This document shows, in pieces, positions 63,032 to 64,000 of a stretch of DNA of 64,000 nt (positions are counted from its first letter, which is position 1; every line of letters begins with the position of its first letter). Source of the stretch: Negaprion brevirostris (taxonomy: Eukaryota); contig JARDVH010000132.1 of assembly GCA_030324005.1 (NCBI GenBank), forward strand, positions 67,442,803 to 67,506,802. Direction: 5' to 3'. The notes beneath the pieces are model-generated. The model was not told the DNA's origin. It saw only the letters and a program-made list of their open reading frames with translations, and made no database searches. The position numbers were made by a program, and so were the translations under genes.

Positions 63032-64000
63032 GAATGTGAGTGACTATCATTTGTCACAAAATTTGAACTGCTCATTCAAATTACCAAAGTAATTAATTTC
63101 TTTGATTTGATTAGTGATGTTCAAAACTAATTTTAGTGAAACAGCAAGCACGAGAAAAGATGGTGAACTCTGGGAATCGCTATAATGGAATACTTGTCTT
63201 GCTTCCTCAAAAGTGGATAAATAAGCAGTAACGATAACTGAAAGAAAATATGTTTTTTGCTCAGTAAGGCCATATTAAGCTATATTCTCAAAGCAAGAAG
63301 TGGGTACCTGGAGTTAGCAAACCTAATGAATAGAACAAGTACAAATGATCATCACAGCGCTGACGGAGATGATACCATATCATGCAGAATTAAATGACAT
63401 TAGCATATCTAACTGTTACTGAACTACTTAATTACACTTCATGTATTATATAGGGCACATTCTTGTTATTGTTAAAATACACTTACTGTTATGTCACTCT
63501 GTATTGATAATATCTCATTCTCTGTTATTTTTACATTCAACACCTGTAATTATGTACTTTCAGCCTCAGGTATATGAAACACAATGAGGAAGGATTACAA
63601 ATTATGGCTGCCCGTTTCCCATCTGAAAAACTGACATTCAGTAATTGATAATCTGACCAGATTCTTAAATGGGTGTCTTCCACTCCCATGCAAAACAAAT
63701 GGGAATTTATCTGAATACACATATAGGATCTGTCCTCAATTCCTTCCTCAAGCAAATTGTCTCGACCAAAAATATTTCACTTGCATCATTATACTATGTT
63801 ACTGTCTTTAATATTACATCTCTTTACTTTCACTGAATTTCACTCACTGATCGAGTATACTGTTATTTGTTTTCAGAATGCGGATAACATTAGTCAAGTT
63901 ATATTTATTGTCCACCCCCACTAGCCCTCAGAAGATGACCTCTATGAAATGTTACTGTTTTTGTGTTAACAGTACACCGGCAATGGTGATGAGTAAAACA

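Overview
Vertebrate genomic DNA with scaffold N-gaps, almost certainly from a shark or other elasmobranch (inferred from HE1-like V-SINEs and related repeats). The centre holds a complete, convergently transcribed Dlx5 (+, 3 exons, 277 aa) / Dlx6 (-, 3 exons, 244 aa) bigene cluster. It includes the intergenic enhancers I56ii (~26.1-26.4 kb) and I56i/Evf2-ei (~29.55-29.9 kb) and a MEF2/homeodomain-site element ~6.5 kb upstream of Dlx6. About 14.9-43.8 kb is nearly transposon-free and visibly CpG-retaining. Both flanks are packed with decayed L1, CR1, Rex1/Babar, Penelope-like, Gypsy (one Gmr1-type) and SINE copies. The most notable unexpected items are a decayed intronless TPR-like coiled-coil coding relic at ~52.5-53.7 kb, a minimal uORF (M-S-T-stop) in the Dlx5 leader, fold-back elements with variable-length TSDs, and stem-loops in the Dlx6 3' UTR. 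I see no evidence for a wholly new biological system. All homology calls come from recall of known families, not from database searches.
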